A DNA stretch of 64,000 nt. Origin: Desulfatiglandales bacterium. Its GTDB lineage: Bacteria; Desulfobacterota; DSM-4660; Desulfatiglandales; Desulfatiglandaceae. Position 1 is the stretch's first letter. Each line of letters opens with the position of its first letter. A program made the position numbers and the translations under genes. Location: NCBI GenBank assembly GCA_963662465.1, contig OY759599.1, positions 416,001 to 480,000 of the forward strand, given 5' to 3'. Below are positions 10,180 to 23,202 of the stretch, piece by piece. Under the pieces are notes generated by a model. That model saw nothing but the letters and a program-made list of their open reading frames with translations. It did not search any database and was not told where the DNA came from.

Positions 10180-12111
10180 TTGAGGCGAAAAGTGATTAAG
10201 AAAGGCGTTATGGAAAGGTGGAACCGGGAGGATTCCGCGGAGTTGTACCATATTCGAAATTGGGGGTCGGATTATTTTGACATTTCGGAAGCGGGCAATG
10301 TGATCATCCGGCCTATCCGCCATAACAAAGAGATTACCGTGGATCTCAAGGAAGTTCTCTCCGGCATCATAGACCGGGGCTACAATATGCCCGTACTCCT
10401 CCGCATTGAAAATATCCTGCACTCCCAGATCAAGGAACTGAATGACAGCTTTTGTTCCGCCATTAAAGAATACGGATACAAAGGGGATTACCGGCCTGTT
10501 TACCCTATCAAGGTCAATCAGCAGCAACAGGTGGTGGAGGCCATTACCCGGTTCGGCGCCAAATATCACCACGGGCTCGAAGCCGGCAGTAAAGCGGAAC
10601 TGATTGCGGCCCTGTCGTTTATGGATGACCCGGAAGCCTGTCTGATCTGCAACGGTTATAAGGATCGGGAGTTTATAGACCTGGGGCTGTATGCCTGTCG
10701 CATGGGGCTCAAATGCTTTTTTGTGGTTGAGATGCCCGGTGAACTGGACCTGATCCTTGAGCGGTCCAAAAAACTGGGGATTCTTCCATTGATCGGCGTC
10801 CGTATCAAGGTTTCCACCCAGGGGGGCGGTCATTGGATGGAAAGCGGCGGGGACCGAAGCATTTTCGGATTGAGCGTCACCCAGGTGCTTGAATTGGTGG
10901 AAAAACTCAAGGCTTGCGATATGCTGAACTGTCTTCAATTGCTTCACTACCATATGGGAAGCCAAATCCCCAATATTCGGGACATCCGTTCGGGGGTGAT
11001 GGAGGCTTGTCGTGTTTACGCGGGTCTGGTGAATGAAGGCGCGCCCATGCGGTATTTTGACATGGGCGGTGGCCTGGCCGTGGATTATGACGGCAGCAAC
11101 ACTAATTACATGACCAGCCGGAATTACAAGCTTGATGAATACTCCTCCGATGTGATTGAATCCATCATGAGCATCCTGGATGAAGAGCAGGTCCCCCACC
11201 CGACCATCATTACCGAAGCCGGCCGGGCCATCGTTGCCTACTATTCGGTTCTCTTGTTCAATGTTTTGGACAAGAGCCGCTTTGAGGGATATTCCTTGCC
11301 CGAAAAACTTCCTGACGAGACACACGAAACGATCCGGAATCTGTTTGATGCCTTTAAAGGGTTGAGCTTGAAGAATACTCAGGAATGTTACAACGACGCC
11401 ATATACTATCGAGACCAGATCCGCCAATTGTTCAAGGTGGGGGAAATCAATCTCAGAGCGCGATCCCTGGCTGAAAACATCTTCTGGCATCTTGTGCGGG
11501 ATATTGCCCAGAACATCACCCAACTGAAATTTGTTCCCAAGGATCTCCAGGATGTCCCCATCGCCCTTGCGGATACCTATTACGGCAATTTCAGTGTGTT
11601 TCAATCCTTGCCCGATGCCTGGGCCATTGAGCATCTTTTCCCCATCATGCCCATTCACCGGCTCAACGAAATGCCGACCTGCCTTGCGACCCTGGCTGAT
11701 ATTACCTGTGATTCCGACGGTAAAATCGACAAGTTCATCGACATTCACGGCGTTCGAAAAGCCCTTCCCCTGCACGAATTGATTTCGGGGGAAGAATATT
11801 ATCTCGGCGTCTTTCTGGTGGGCGCCTACCAGGAGACCCTGGGAGATCTTCACAATCTTTTCGGCGATACCAATGTGGTGAGTATCCGGGTTGATGAAGA
11901 CGGGCAATACAGCCTTGTGCGGGAACTGGAAGGGGATTCGGTGGCGGACGTCTTGTCCTATGTGGAATACGAACCCAAGGGTATGTTGTCGCGGTTCCTT
12001 AAATTTGCCGAGAAGGTCGTGGGTGAACGGAGAATCACAGCTCAGGAACGTCGCAAGATCGTGAAGGCCTATGAGGCGGGACTTCGGGGATATACCTATT
12101 TTGAGCGATAA
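10180..12111 (+). CDS. speA: Biosynthetic arginine decarboxylase
   Basis: YPIKVNQ PLP-lysine, EAGSKAEL, HMGSQI, DITCDSDG, GAYQE motifs; true start may be ATG at 10210. Confidence 0.95.
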   Translation: MRRKVIKKGVMERWNREDSAELYHIRNWGSDYFDISEAGNVIIRPIRHNKEITVDLKEVLSGIIDRGYNMPVLLRIENILHSQIKELNDSFCSAIKEYGYKGDYRPVYPIKVNQQQQVVEAITRFGAKYHHGLEAGSKAELIAALSFMDDPEACLICNGYKDREFIDLGLYACRMGLKCFFVVEMPGELDLILERSKKLGILPLIGVRIKVSTQGGGHWMESGGDRSIFGLSVTQVLELVEKLKACDMLNCLQLLHYHMGSQIPNIRDIRSGVMEACRVYAGLVNEGAPMRYFDMGGGLAVDYDGSNTNYMTSRNYKLDEYSSDVIESIMSILDEEQVPHPTIITEAGRAIVAYYSVLLFNVLDKSRFEGYSLPEKLPDETHETIRNLFDAFKGLSLKNTQECYNDAIYYRDQIRQLFKVGEINLRARSLAENIFWHLVRDIAQNITQLKFVPKDLQDVPIALADTYYGNFSVFQSLPDAWAIEHLFPIMPIHRLNEMPTCLATLADITCDSDGKIDKFIDIHGVRKALPLHELISGEEYYLGVFLVGAYQETLGDLHNLFGDTNVVSIRVDEDGQYSLVRELEGDSVADVLSYVEYEPKGMLSRFLKFAEKVVGERRITAQERRKIVKAYEAGLRGYTYFER

Positions 12112-12126
12112 GGAAAGGAGTGTACC

Positions 12127-13305
12127 ATGCCCAGTGTTTTGATTATCGGCGCGGGTGGTGTGGGGCAGGTGGTTGCCCACAAATGCGCCCAGGCGATTGA
12201 AGTGTTTGATCACATCTGTCTGGCCAGCAGAACCCTTGAGAAATGCGACAGGATCGCGGCACAGCTGCCTAGACCCATCCGCACGGCCAGGGTCAATGCG
12301 GACGATGTGCCGGCCCTGGCGGCGCTGATCCGCTCTGTAAAACCGGACCTGGTCCTTAATGTGGCGCTTCCCTATCAGGACCTTCACATTATGGATGCCT
12401 GTCTGGCAACCGGTGTCCATTATCTGGACACCGCCAATTATGAACCGTTGGACGAGGCCCGATTCTGTTACCAGTGGCAGTGGGATTACCATGAACGGTT
12501 TAAGGTCCGGGGTATCATGGCCCTGTTGGGAAGCGGTTTTGATCCCGGGGTGACCAACGTGTTCTGCGCCTGGGCGAAAAAGATGCATTTTGATGAAATT
12601 CATGAATTGGACATCATTGACTGCAACGCCGGGGATCATGGCCAGCCCTTTGCCACCAATTTCAACCCGGAAATCAATATTCGAGAGGTCACGGCGCCTG
12701 GGCGTTACTACGAAAACGGGAAATGGACGGAAACGAAACCGCTTTCCGTGGCAAAGGAATTTGATTTTCCAGAAGGCATCGGGCCCAAGAAAATTTACCT
12801 CATGTATCACGAGGAATTGGAATCCTTGATCCGCCACATGCCGGAAATTCAGCGGGCGCGTTTCTGGATGACCTTTTCCGACAATTACCTCAAGCACCTG
12901 GAGGTACTTCAAAATGTGGGCATGACCCGCATTGATTCCGTTGAGTATAAGGGTCGGCCGATTGTGCCCCTGAAGTTTCTAAAAGCCCTGCTGCCGGATC
13001 CGGCATCGCTGGGGCCTCTCACCCGAGGTCGTACCTGTATCGGGTGTTTCATCAAGGGTATCAAAGATGGAAAGGAAAAAAAGTACTACATCTACAATAT
13101 CTGTGACCATGAAAAGGCTTATGAGGAGGTTGGAAGCCAGGCCATCAGCTACACCACCGGTGTGCCTGCCATGATCGGGGCCATGATGATTCTGACCAAA
13201 CAGTGGCGGGGGGAAGGAGTCTTTAATATGGAAGAGTTTGACCCGGCCCCCTTTATGGAAAACCTCAACCGGTACGGCCTGCCATGGACCGAAATAATCC
13301 TCTAG
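12127..13305 (+). CDS. Saccharopine dehydrogenase-family carboxy(nor)spermidine dehydrogenase
   Basis: GAGGVG Rossmann motif, YLDTANYE, GFDPG, TNFNPEINIRE; adjacent to nspC. Confidence 0.9.
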   Translation: MPSVLIIGAGGVGQVVAHKCAQAIEVFDHICLASRTLEKCDRIAAQLPRPIRTARVNADDVPALAALIRSVKPDLVLNVALPYQDLHIMDACLATGVHYLDTANYEPLDEARFCYQWQWDYHERFKVRGIMALLGSGFDPGVTNVFCAWAKKMHFDEIHELDIIDCNAGDHGQPFATNFNPEINIREVTAPGRYYENGKWTETKPLSVAKEFDFPEGIGPKKIYLMYHEELESLIRHMPEIQRARFWMTFSDNYLKHLEVLQNVGMTRIDSVEYKGRPIVPLKFLKALLPDPASLGPLTRGRTCIGCFIKGIKDGKEKKYYIYNICDHEKAYEEVGSQAISYTTGVPAMIGAMMILTKQWRGEGVFNMEEFDPAPFMENLNRYGLPWTEIIL

Positions 13306-14441
13306 GACTGGACTTGGACCGGATTTCGACCCCCTGTTTTGTGGTGGATGTCCGGGCGCTCAAGCGGAACCTGGCCATTCTTCAGGATGTTCAGGATCGC
13401 ACCGGCTGTCGCATCCTCCTGGCGTTAAAGGGGTTTGCCATGTTCCGCGTCTTTCCCTTGCTGCGCCGGACCCTTCGGGGCGTGTGCGCCAGTTCTCCTC
13501 ACGAGGCGCGTTTGGGTCGGGAGGAATTTCAGAGGGAGGTGCATGCCTTTGCCGCCGCTTACAGCCCCGCCCATGTGGAGGACCTGTTGCGGTATTCGGA
13601 TGTGCTGGTGTTTAATTCTTTTTCTCAATGGCAGCGCTTCAGATTGATGGTTCAGAGTGCCTCCACGCCCATTCGGTGCGGCATCCGTGTGAATCCCGAG
13701 CATTCCGAAGGGAAGGTGCCCCTGTATGATCCCTGTGCCGTCGGCTCCCGCCTGGGCGTGCGCCGGGAACAGTTTGAGGGTCAAGATCTTACGGGGATCT
13801 CCGGTCTTCACTTTCACACCCTCTGCGAACACAATGCCGATGCTTTGGCACGCACGCTAACGGTATTCGAGGAGAAGTTCGGTACATTTCTCCCCGCCAT
13901 GGAATGGGTCAATTTCGGCGGCGGGCATCACATCACCCGCGCTGATTATGACGTGGCGTTGCTTTGTCGTCTGATTCGGGAATTTACCGCCCGTCACCCG
14001 CTGCGGGTCTATCTGGAGCCGGGGGAGGCGGTGGCGTTAAACGCCGGCATTCTGGCGGCTACGGTTCTGGATATCGTTCAAAATGATATGCCCATCGCTA
14101 TTCTGGATGTCAGTGTTCCCACCCACATGCCGGACGTTTTGGAAATGCCGTATCGGCCCGAGGTGGCGGGAGCCGGGAAACCGGGAGAGAAAGCGCACAC
14201 TTACCGACTGGCCGGTCTTTCCTGCCTGGCCGGGGATGTGGCCGGAGAATATTCCTTTGATCGTCCCCTGGGCGTGGGTCAAAAACTGGCTTTTCTGGAT
14301 ATGGCCCATTATTCCATGGTGAAAACCACCACCTTCAACGGTGTTGCCCTTCCTTCCATAGCTCTTTACGATAGTGAAACGGATTCTTATGAGGTGGTGA
14401 GAGAATTCGGCTATGAAGATTATCGGAGCCGTCTGTCATGA
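13284..14441 (+). CDS. nspC: Carboxy(nor)spermidine decarboxylase
   Basis: LALKGFA, YDPC, HFHTLCE, GGGHHIT, HMPDVLEMPY, CLAGD motifs. Confidence 0.93.
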   Translation: MDRNNPLGLDLDRISTPCFVVDVRALKRNLAILQDVQDRTGCRILLALKGFAMFRVFPLLRRTLRGVCASSPHEARLGREEFQREVHAFAAAYSPAHVEDLLRYSDVLVFNSFSQWQRFRLMVQSASTPIRCGIRVNPEHSEGKVPLYDPCAVGSRLGVRREQFEGQDLTGISGLHFHTLCEHNADALARTLTVFEEKFGTFLPAMEWVNFGGGHHITRADYDVALLCRLIREFTARHPLRVYLEPGEAVALNAGILAATVLDIVQNDMPIAILDVSVPTHMPDVLEMPYRPEVAGAGKPGEKAHTYRLAGLSCLAGDVAGEYSFDRPLGVGQKLAFLDMAHYSMVKTTTFNGVALPSIALYDSETDSYEVVREFGYEDYRSRLS

Positions 14442-15319
14442 TTATTCCGGTTAATATACCGTACCCATCCTTCCTGGCATCCGAGCTGGGCGAGATTGCG
14501 CCCGATCAGGCGTTGTTTCATGTGATTCCGGTCCCCTATGAAAAGACCGTCACCTATGGCATGGGCACGCGAAAGGGGCCTTCGGCCATTCTGACGGCGT
14601 CACAGCAACTGGAGTTGTTTGACGGCGTCGGTATTCCGGCGGATATGGGGATCTGCACCCGGGCGACATTGGATTGCCAAGGCGCCCCTGAAGTCGTCCT
14701 GGGAGAACTCTCGCAACAGGTGGAAGACGTTGCTTTGCAGAGAAAAATCCCCGTGATTCTGGGTGGGGAGCACACCATCACATCGGGCGCCCTGAGGGGC
14801 ATTGCGCGCGTGTTCGGTCCGGTGGGCGTGGTCCAGTTTGATGCCCACGCGGATCTTCGGGATTATTATGAGGGGTCTCCCTATAATCATGCCTGCGTCA
14901 TGCGGCGTGTGCTGGAGCAGGGACTCGATCTTTTTCAGATCGGCGTTCGGAGCCTTTCGCCGGAAGAGGTTCAATACCGGCGGGATCAAGCTGTCGGCCA
15001 TCTGGATGCCGTGGATATTGCTCGCGGAGGCATGCCGGAAATGATGCTGCCCCATGATTTCCCGGAAAACATCTATATCACCATCGATGTGGATTGCCTG
15101 GATCCTTCACTCATGCCTGCCACCGGGACGCCTGAACCCGGCGGCTTGACCTGGTATCAGATGACCGAGGCCCTTGCGGGGATCTGCGGCCGAAGACGGG
15201 TGGTCGGCTTTGACGTGGTGGAGCTGGCGCCGATTTTGGGTTTCCATGCGCCTGATTTTACCGTTGCCAGGTTAATTTATAATTTGATGGGTTTTATTTC
15301 CCGTAATTTACAGCCTTAA
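14438..15319 (+). CDS. speB: Agmatinase
   Basis: Ureohydrolase motifs GGEH, DAHAD, DVDCLDP, GTPEPGG; operon context. Confidence 0.92.
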   Translation: MIIPVNIPYPSFLASELGEIAPDQALFHVIPVPYEKTVTYGMGTRKGPSAILTASQQLELFDGVGIPADMGICTRATLDCQGAPEVVLGELSQQVEDVALQRKIPVILGGEHTITSGALRGIARVFGPVGVVQFDAHADLRDYYEGSPYNHACVMRRVLEQGLDLFQIGVRSLSPEEVQYRRDQAVGHLDAVDIARGGMPEMMLPHDFPENIYITIDVDCLDPSLMPATGTPEPGGLTWYQMTEALAGICGRRRVVGFDVVELAPILGFHAPDFTVARLIYNLMGFISRNLQP

Positions 15320-15586
15320 AAAGACCGATTTTTTTTGTCCCGCTTTTTGAAATACCCTATTTTGATTGTTTTTTAAGAACTTCCAGTTCTGGTACATGGA
15401 AAAATGGAATAAAAAATTCCGTTTCATGAATACCTATAAAAATCAAGTGATTGAGTTTGATTACCCCATTGCAGACGCTTTTTCCGCCTGTTTCTCTGAA
15501 TGTGTTGGTATTTTTTGACACCGAAAATTGTCTCAATTTAATTAACTAATATTAATCCATTGTCAATTTGCTAAACAATTTTGTCT

Positions 15587-15603
15587 TTGGCATACCTCTT
15601 GCT
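15587..15603 (+). promoter_or_regulatory. Sigma-54 (-24/-12) promoter
   Basis: TTGGCATACCTCTTGCT (GG-N10-GC) in an AT-rich intergenic region upstream of 15758. Confidence 0.7.
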
Positions 15604-15757
15604 CTAGTACCCGTGTTTAGGAAATACGACATTCCAAGTTTTGCCGGCAATCCGTCTTTAAATTTTTCGGCCTCCTTGATGTCGGATACCGGTGACCGGC
15701 GACAAAAATATTTTGAAACGGTGGTATTTGACAACCACGTAAGGAAAGGAGCAATTT

Positions 15758-16096
15758 ATGGATTTTGATGATAATGCTTCGGAAGTAACAATTTCAGGTC
15801 TGCTCACGGCTACGGAGTGGAGTGATGACGACGATATTACGGATCTTGAAATCTCAGTTGATGACGACAGCTATTATGTGGAAAAAAACGCCGTGTGGTA
15901 TGAACTCGTTGATTTATGGGACACTCACGTGGAAGCCACCGGTATTGTTACGGAGGAAAGGGATGGCTCCAAACGGATTCTGGTTACCAGTTATGAACCG
16001 TTGGACGATGTGATTTTTGACGACGAGGAGATTGAATATGACGATGTGTACGATGAATTGAGTTTCGAAAATGATGGTGATGAAGCTAGAATGTAA
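15758..16096 (+). CDS. Small very acidic hypothetical protein (possible OB-like fold)
   Basis: RBS AGGAG; paralogous to 16415..16675. Confidence 0.7.
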   Translation: MDFDDNASEVTISGLLTATEWSDDDDITDLEISVDDDSYYVEKNAVWYELVDLWDTHVEATGIVTEERDGSKRILVTSYEPLDDVIFDDEEIEYDDVYDELSFENDGDEARM

Positions 16097-16127
16097 TTAG
16101 ATGAATTTACAGATTGGAGTCGATACA

Positions 16128-16346
16128 ATGCGGGATCAGATTATTTATTGCATCCAGTGTGATAATCCTTTTACGTTTACCGTGGCTGAACAGAATCGCT
16201 TGAATGCGCAGGGGTTTGATGCGCCAAAAAGGTGTCCGGAGTGTCGAAAACGCAAACAGAAGTCGAGTACTGCTGAAAAAAAGAAAAGGAAACGAAGCCG
16301 GGAAAACCGTGAACCCTGGGAAATCATGGAAGAAGATCTGGACTGA
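16128..16346 (+). CDS. Zinc-ribbon domain protein
   Basis: CIQC...F.FT..EQ...GF..PKRCPECR pattern with basic tail; RBS GGAG. Confidence 0.8.
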   Translation: MRDQIIYCIQCDNPFTFTVAEQNRLNAQGFDAPKRCPECRKRKQKSSTAEKKKRKRSRENREPWEIMEEDLD

Positions 16347-16414
16347 CGTCTGACATCTGCGCATGACATCAGGCAGCGATGCCGTTAAACGGAAAAAACG
16401 CATGGGAATGGAAA

Positions 16415-16675
16415 ATGCCACTGTATCCTTCAGATAGTCAAAAGGTGACCGCTAAAGGAATTTTGCTGCCATCGGAATGGGATGAAAACGGAGATGCGAT
16501 TGCGCTTACGTTATTTACCCATGATGAAGATGAATACAGGGTGGAAGGAGATAAAATATTGCCACAGCTGTTTGATGCCTTGCGTCAGGAACTCCTGGTG
16601 GAAGGGCATTTTCGATGGGAACGGGGAAGGAAAATCATTCGAATAACAGGATATCGTCGCTCAGATACTTTGTAG
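16415..16675 (+). CDS. Small hypothetical protein, paralog of 15758..16096
   Basis: Shared VT..G.L...EW...D...L......Y.VE...L....V.G...G.K.I..T.Y pattern; start could be 16379. Confidence 0.65.
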   Translation: MPLYPSDSQKVTAKGILLPSEWDENGDAIALTLFTHDEDEYRVEGDKILPQLFDALRQELLVEGHFRWERGRKIIRITGYRRSDTL

Positions 16676-16716
16676 ACGGGTCCTTCCGGCGATATGCTCT
16701 ATAACGGAGTCAAGGT

Positions 16717-17817
16717 ATGGCAGCAACCCTCTTAAATCATGCAAAGTCCAGCCTCAGCCTCCTGGATGGGGCTGCCGCACAAGCGCCGATTATTGCGGCG
16801 GAACTGCAGATGCAAAAGCGTCTGGCAGCCGATGTCGATCAATCTCTGGAAACAAGACTTGAGGCCTACGAGGATATTATGGAATCGGAAGTGGGGGACA
16901 CGAGCCTCACAAGATCCCGAAATATTGAGCGTGATGTGGGCCTGCGTCAGATTTATTTAAAATTCGAAGGGGGCAATCCCACCGGCGCACAGAAAGACCG
17001 TATTGCTTTTGCTCAGGCCATGGACGCCCTCAGACGCGGATTTGACGCCATATGCGTTGCCACTTGCGGTAATTACGGCGCTGCCATGGCCATTGCTTCG
17101 TCCATGGCGGGACTGCGATGTATCGCGTATATCCCCGAAGGATATCACACGCGGCGAATCGGTGAAATGACGAATTTCGGCGCGGAGATTGTGCGTGTTC
17201 CCGGCAATTATGAAGATGCGGTGACGGCATCCCGGGCAAGGGCTTACGCCGATGAGATTTATGATGCCAATCCCGGGGGCGCCAATACGGCCATTCAACT
17301 GAAAGCGTACGGAGAGATCGCCTATGAAATTTACGATGAACTGCGGGACGCTCCCGCCGTGGTGGCGGTTCCCGTATCCAACGGCACCACGCTTGCCGGT
17401 ATTTACAGAGGATTTCTAAGTCTTTACCGGCGTGGGAAGACTTCTCGAATTCCCCGTATGGTGGCGGGCTCTTCCCATAATAAGAACCCGATTATTCGGG
17501 CCTATATGAAAAATTTGCTTAACTGTGAAGATCTGTTGCCGTATCGGATTCGGGAAACCCCCATCAACGAACCCCTCATCAACTGGCATGCCATTGATGG
17601 GGATCATGCCCTTGAGGCCATCCGCAATACTGACGGTTGGGCATCCAATGCCAGCGATCGAAATATGACGACCTATGCGCGAATGATTCGGGAAAAGGAA
17701 GGACTCAATACGCTTCCGGCCTCTACGGCGGGGCTGATTGCGTTACTTTCAAAACACCAAAAAACGCCGCTGCCGGGAGATCGGTATGTGGTCATCCTCA
17801 CCGGGAGAAACCAATGA
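16717..17817 (+). CDS. Threonine synthase-like fold-type II PLP enzyme
   Basis: LKFEGGNPTGAQKDR PLP-lysine motif, TCGNYG, PVSNGT, terminal ILTG. Confidence 0.85.
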   Translation: MAATLLNHAKSSLSLLDGAAAQAPIIAAELQMQKRLAADVDQSLETRLEAYEDIMESEVGDTSLTRSRNIERDVGLRQIYLKFEGGNPTGAQKDRIAFAQAMDALRRGFDAICVATCGNYGAAMAIASSMAGLRCIAYIPEGYHTRRIGEMTNFGAEIVRVPGNYEDAVTASRARAYADEIYDANPGGANTAIQLKAYGEIAYEIYDELRDAPAVVAVPVSNGTTLAGIYRGFLSLYRRGKTSRIPRMVAGSSHNKNPIIRAYMKNLLNCEDLLPYRIRETPINEPLINWHAIDGDHALEAIRNTDGWASNASDRNMTTYARMIREKEGLNTLPASTAGLIALLSKHQKTPLPGDRYVVILTGRNQ

Positions 17818-18890
17818 AAAAGAGCTTCGATGGAAATGCCATCGTCTATTGTGAAGGCGCCTTTGGAACGACTAATGGAAAAACCGCCCACGGTCTGGTA
17901 CGACGATCCGGCCGTTACCGCATCCTTTCGGTGGTGGATTCTCATCATGGGGATGGGGATGCGGGTCTTGTTCTGGACGGCAAAAGGAACCATATTCCCA
18001 TTCACAAAAGCGTTATGGATGCCATTGGGGCTTTCAGCAACAGTGCTCGTCCCGCCACCCACCTGGTCGTGGGACTGGCCCCGGACGGAGGCCGTTTTCC
18101 CCCATACGTCCGGAAGGATGTGCTTTCAGCCCTGGAACAGGGTCTGAATGTGGATTCCGGCCTTCATGATTTTCTCTCCGAAGATGCGGAGATGAGCGCC
18201 ATGGCGGAAAAAAAAGGCGTCCGGATCAGGGATATTCGACGACCGCCCGAAAGAAAGAATCTCCATTTTTTCAGCGGGAAGATCGAAGAGGTATCCTGTC
18301 TGAATGTGGCGGTTCTGGGAACCGATTCGGCTATTGGAAAACGGACCACAGCCTGGATCCTGGCCGACGCCATGCAGGAGGCGGGATATGCCGCGGAAAT
18401 GATCGGAACCGGTCAGACGGCCTGGATGCAGGGGGTGCGATACGGCATCATTCTGGATTCCCTCATTAACGATTTCGTATCCGGGGAAATCGAGCATGCC
18501 GTATGGCGGGCGTGGCGGGAAGTACGCCCCAAGGTGATGATTCTGGAAGGGCAGGGGAGCCTCATGAATCCGGCCTATCCGGGCGGATTTGAAATCCTTG
18601 CGGCCGGACGGCCGGATATGGTGGTGCTTCAGCATGCGCCGGGCAGACGGGAGTATGACGGATTTCCCGGTTATCCCCTCCATCCCCTGGAGAAACAGAT
18701 CCAGGCCATTGAATTGCTGTCGGATAAACCGGTGGTGGCCATAACGGTGAACCACGAGGGCTTGAAACCTGGGGATATCCCCGGCATCTGCCATGACATA
18801 ACCCGTCATACGGGAATTCCCGCCTTTGATGTGCTTCAGGATGGCGCCGGGGAACTGGTGCAAATTTTGGAACCTCATATTAAATCGTAA
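17814..18890 (+). CDS. DUF1611-family P-loop protein (DgcN-like)
   Basis: GKTAHGL, SGLH, GTDSAIGKRTT, GTGQT and EGQGSL motifs. Confidence 0.85.
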   Translation: MKKSFDGNAIVYCEGAFGTTNGKTAHGLVRRSGRYRILSVVDSHHGDGDAGLVLDGKRNHIPIHKSVMDAIGAFSNSARPATHLVVGLAPDGGRFPPYVRKDVLSALEQGLNVDSGLHDFLSEDAEMSAMAEKKGVRIRDIRRPPERKNLHFFSGKIEEVSCLNVAVLGTDSAIGKRTTAWILADAMQEAGYAAEMIGTGQTAWMQGVRYGIILDSLINDFVSGEIEHAVWRAWREVRPKVMILEGQGSLMNPAYPGGFEILAAGRPDMVVLQHAPGRREYDGFPGYPLHPLEKQIQAIELLSDKPVVAITVNHEGLKPGDIPGICHDITRHTGIPAFDVLQDGAGELVQILEPHIKS

Positions 18891-18902
18891 GGAACGAGGG
18901 AC

Positions 18903-21299
<2,397 letters not shown>

Positions 21300-21305
21300 C
21301 GTTCC

Positions 21306-22382
21306 ATGAAAATTGTGCGGATTGAGGCATGGCCGGTGACCCTTTTGATGAACGAATCCTACGCCATTGCCTATGAGACCGTTTGTGAAACCACCAATGT
21401 CTTTTTACGCCTGGAGACTTCCAACGGGATGAACGGCTATGGATGCGCCGCGCCCGATGAGCCGGTCACCGGGGAAACAGCCGATATGTTGCTTGAGGCC
21501 GTTTTGTCGGTGGTCGTTCCCTTGCTCAAGGGTGGAGATCCCCTGCGGCGTGCGAAGCTGATGCAGCATCTCAAGACCCACTTAAAAGATCGGCCGTCCC
21601 TCCTGGCGGCCGTGGATATGGCGCTTCTGGACATTCTGGGGAAAGTCTGCGGCCTTCCCCTGTGGAAGATCCTGGGCGGTTTCAGGGACCGCATGAAAAC
21701 CAGCGTTACCATCGGTATTTTGCCCGAGAAGGAGACCCTTGAGCAGGCCTTGCATTGGAAAGCTCAGGGTTTTCGCGCACTGAAGCTGAAGGGGGGCATT
21801 CATGTGGATTCCGATATTGTCCGGTTGCTTCGCGTGAGGGAAGTCGTGGGCGACGCAATGGAACTCCGTTTCGATGCCAACCAGGGGTTCAATGTGGAAG
21901 AGTCCCTGCGGTTTGTCAAAGAAACGCGAAAAGCGCGCCTGGAGCTGATCGAACAACCCACTCCCAGGGGCGCCCCCGAGTTGCTGAAACGCGTCACGCG
22001 CAAGGCTGCTATTCCGGTGATGGCCGATGAAAGCCTCATGACCTTGCGGGATGCGTTTCGCATTGCTCGGGGGGACCTGGCCGACATGGTTAATATCAAG
22101 CTTATGAAAGTGGGGGGAATCGGCGAAGCCCTGAAGATCGATGCCGTGGCAAAGGCCGCGGGTCTCGAAGCCATGGTGGGGTGTATGGACGAATCGGCCC
22201 TGGCCATTGCCGCCGGGCTTCATTTTGCTCTGGCATCTCCCAATGTACTCTACGCGGATCTGGATGGTCACCTGGACTTGCAAAACGACCCCGCCGCCGG
22301 GGCCGTTATTCTTCGCAAGGGAACCCTTTTTCCCACGGGAAAGCCCGGTCTGGGTTTTTCGCCTCGGATCTGCGATTTTTAA
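21306..22382 (+). CDS. Enolase-superfamily dipeptide (L-Ala-D/L-Glu) epimerase
   Basis: KLK, DANQG, EQP, ADES, NIKLMK, GCM and DLD motifs. Confidence 0.88.
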   Translation: MKIVRIEAWPVTLLMNESYAIAYETVCETTNVFLRLETSNGMNGYGCAAPDEPVTGETADMLLEAVLSVVVPLLKGGDPLRRAKLMQHLKTHLKDRPSLLAAVDMALLDILGKVCGLPLWKILGGFRDRMKTSVTIGILPEKETLEQALHWKAQGFRALKLKGGIHVDSDIVRLLRVREVVGDAMELRFDANQGFNVEESLRFVKETRKARLELIEQPTPRGAPELLKRVTRKAAIPVMADESLMTLRDAFRIARGDLADMVNIKLMKVGGIGEALKIDAVAKAAGLEAMVGCMDESALAIAAGLHFALASPNVLYADLDGHLDLQNDPAAGAVILRKGTLFPTGKPGLGFSPRICDF

Positions 22383-22402
22383 TCTACAACCACTTCTTTC
22401 TT
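22350..22402. repeat. 53-bp direct repeat, copy 1
   Basis: 49/53 identical to 23429..23481. Confidence 0.85.
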
Positions 22403-23144
22403 ATCGCTTGAACCTTTTGCGAAAACCGGCCAGACCGAGAAGACCGGAGGCCAATAGAATAATGGTGGCAGGCTCCGGAACCGGGGCGCTGCTACCACCC
22501 TTGAGATTGACAACCAGGTCTTCATAGTCGCTATCTCCACCACCGGGGATATCCTCAAAAGCAATGGTATATCCTTTATTGGTTTCAAAAATAAGCGCAT
22601 GATCAACATCGTCGGAATTGCCGGCGGTGTAGGTGGAGAGTGGATTGCCCGTGTTATTGGAATCAAGATAGAAGCCGAAATACGTTCCTGCATCCACTGT
22701 AAACGTATAAGATGTATTCGCTGCGACTTCATTTTGAACAAAAAGTGGACTGAAATAGCTCATTAATGCATTGTCATAACCGTCGCTGGGATTTCCATTG
22801 TATGTAAAAACACCAAAAGGAGAATGAAAGCCGGCATGGCCGATCCCCAGGAATTCCACTTCCAGTTCACCACCGTCAGACGTGAAAAAGAGTTCATCCT
22901 GGAGCTGGTCATTAAGCGGATCGATGGCGGTTCCATCGGGATTGGTAATGTCGTTTACGCCGAACCAGTATTCCAGGTTTTCCCGGTTTGTTCCTGTATT
23001 TCCAATCTGAACGTTTTCAATGGTCGTATCTCCAAGATTGACCAACTCTAAATAGGTGGCTTCGCCATTGGATGCCATGCCAAACATGAATAATGGCAAC
23101 AGCACCACCGCCAATAATATTATTCTACTATTTTTCATATTCAC
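22401..23144 (-). CDS. PEP-CTERM sorting-domain exported protein (DUF4114-like domain)
   Basis: Signal peptide; FEDIPGGGDSDYEDLVV; VPEP, TM helix and basic tail RKRFKR. Confidence 0.9.
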   Translation of the reverse strand: MNMKNSRIILLAVVLLPLFMFGMASNGEATYLELVNLGDTTIENVQIGNTGTNRENLEYWFGVNDITNPDGTAIDPLNDQLQDELFFTSDGGELEVEFLGIGHAGFHSPFGVFTYNGNPSDGYDNALMSYFSPLFVQNEVAANTSYTFTVDAGTYFGFYLDSNNTGNPLSTYTAGNSDDVDHALIFETNKGYTIAFEDIPGGGDSDYEDLVVNLKGGSSAPVPEPATIILLASGLLGLAGFRKRFKR

Positions 23145-23185
23145 TCTCCGTTTCCGGTTTTCTCACAGCGTCAAAAAAGGTTTTA

Positions 23186-23202
23186 AGCAAATTTTATGCC
23201 AA
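23186..23202 (-). promoter_or_regulatory. Sigma-54 promoter of the PEP-CTERM gene
   Basis: Minus strand TTGGCATAAAATTTGCT about 40 bp upstream of the start. Confidence 0.8.

Noticed and set aside
9658..12912. 1084-aa minus-strand ORF
   Set aside because: Antisense shadow of speA and neighbouring genes; no motifs of its own.
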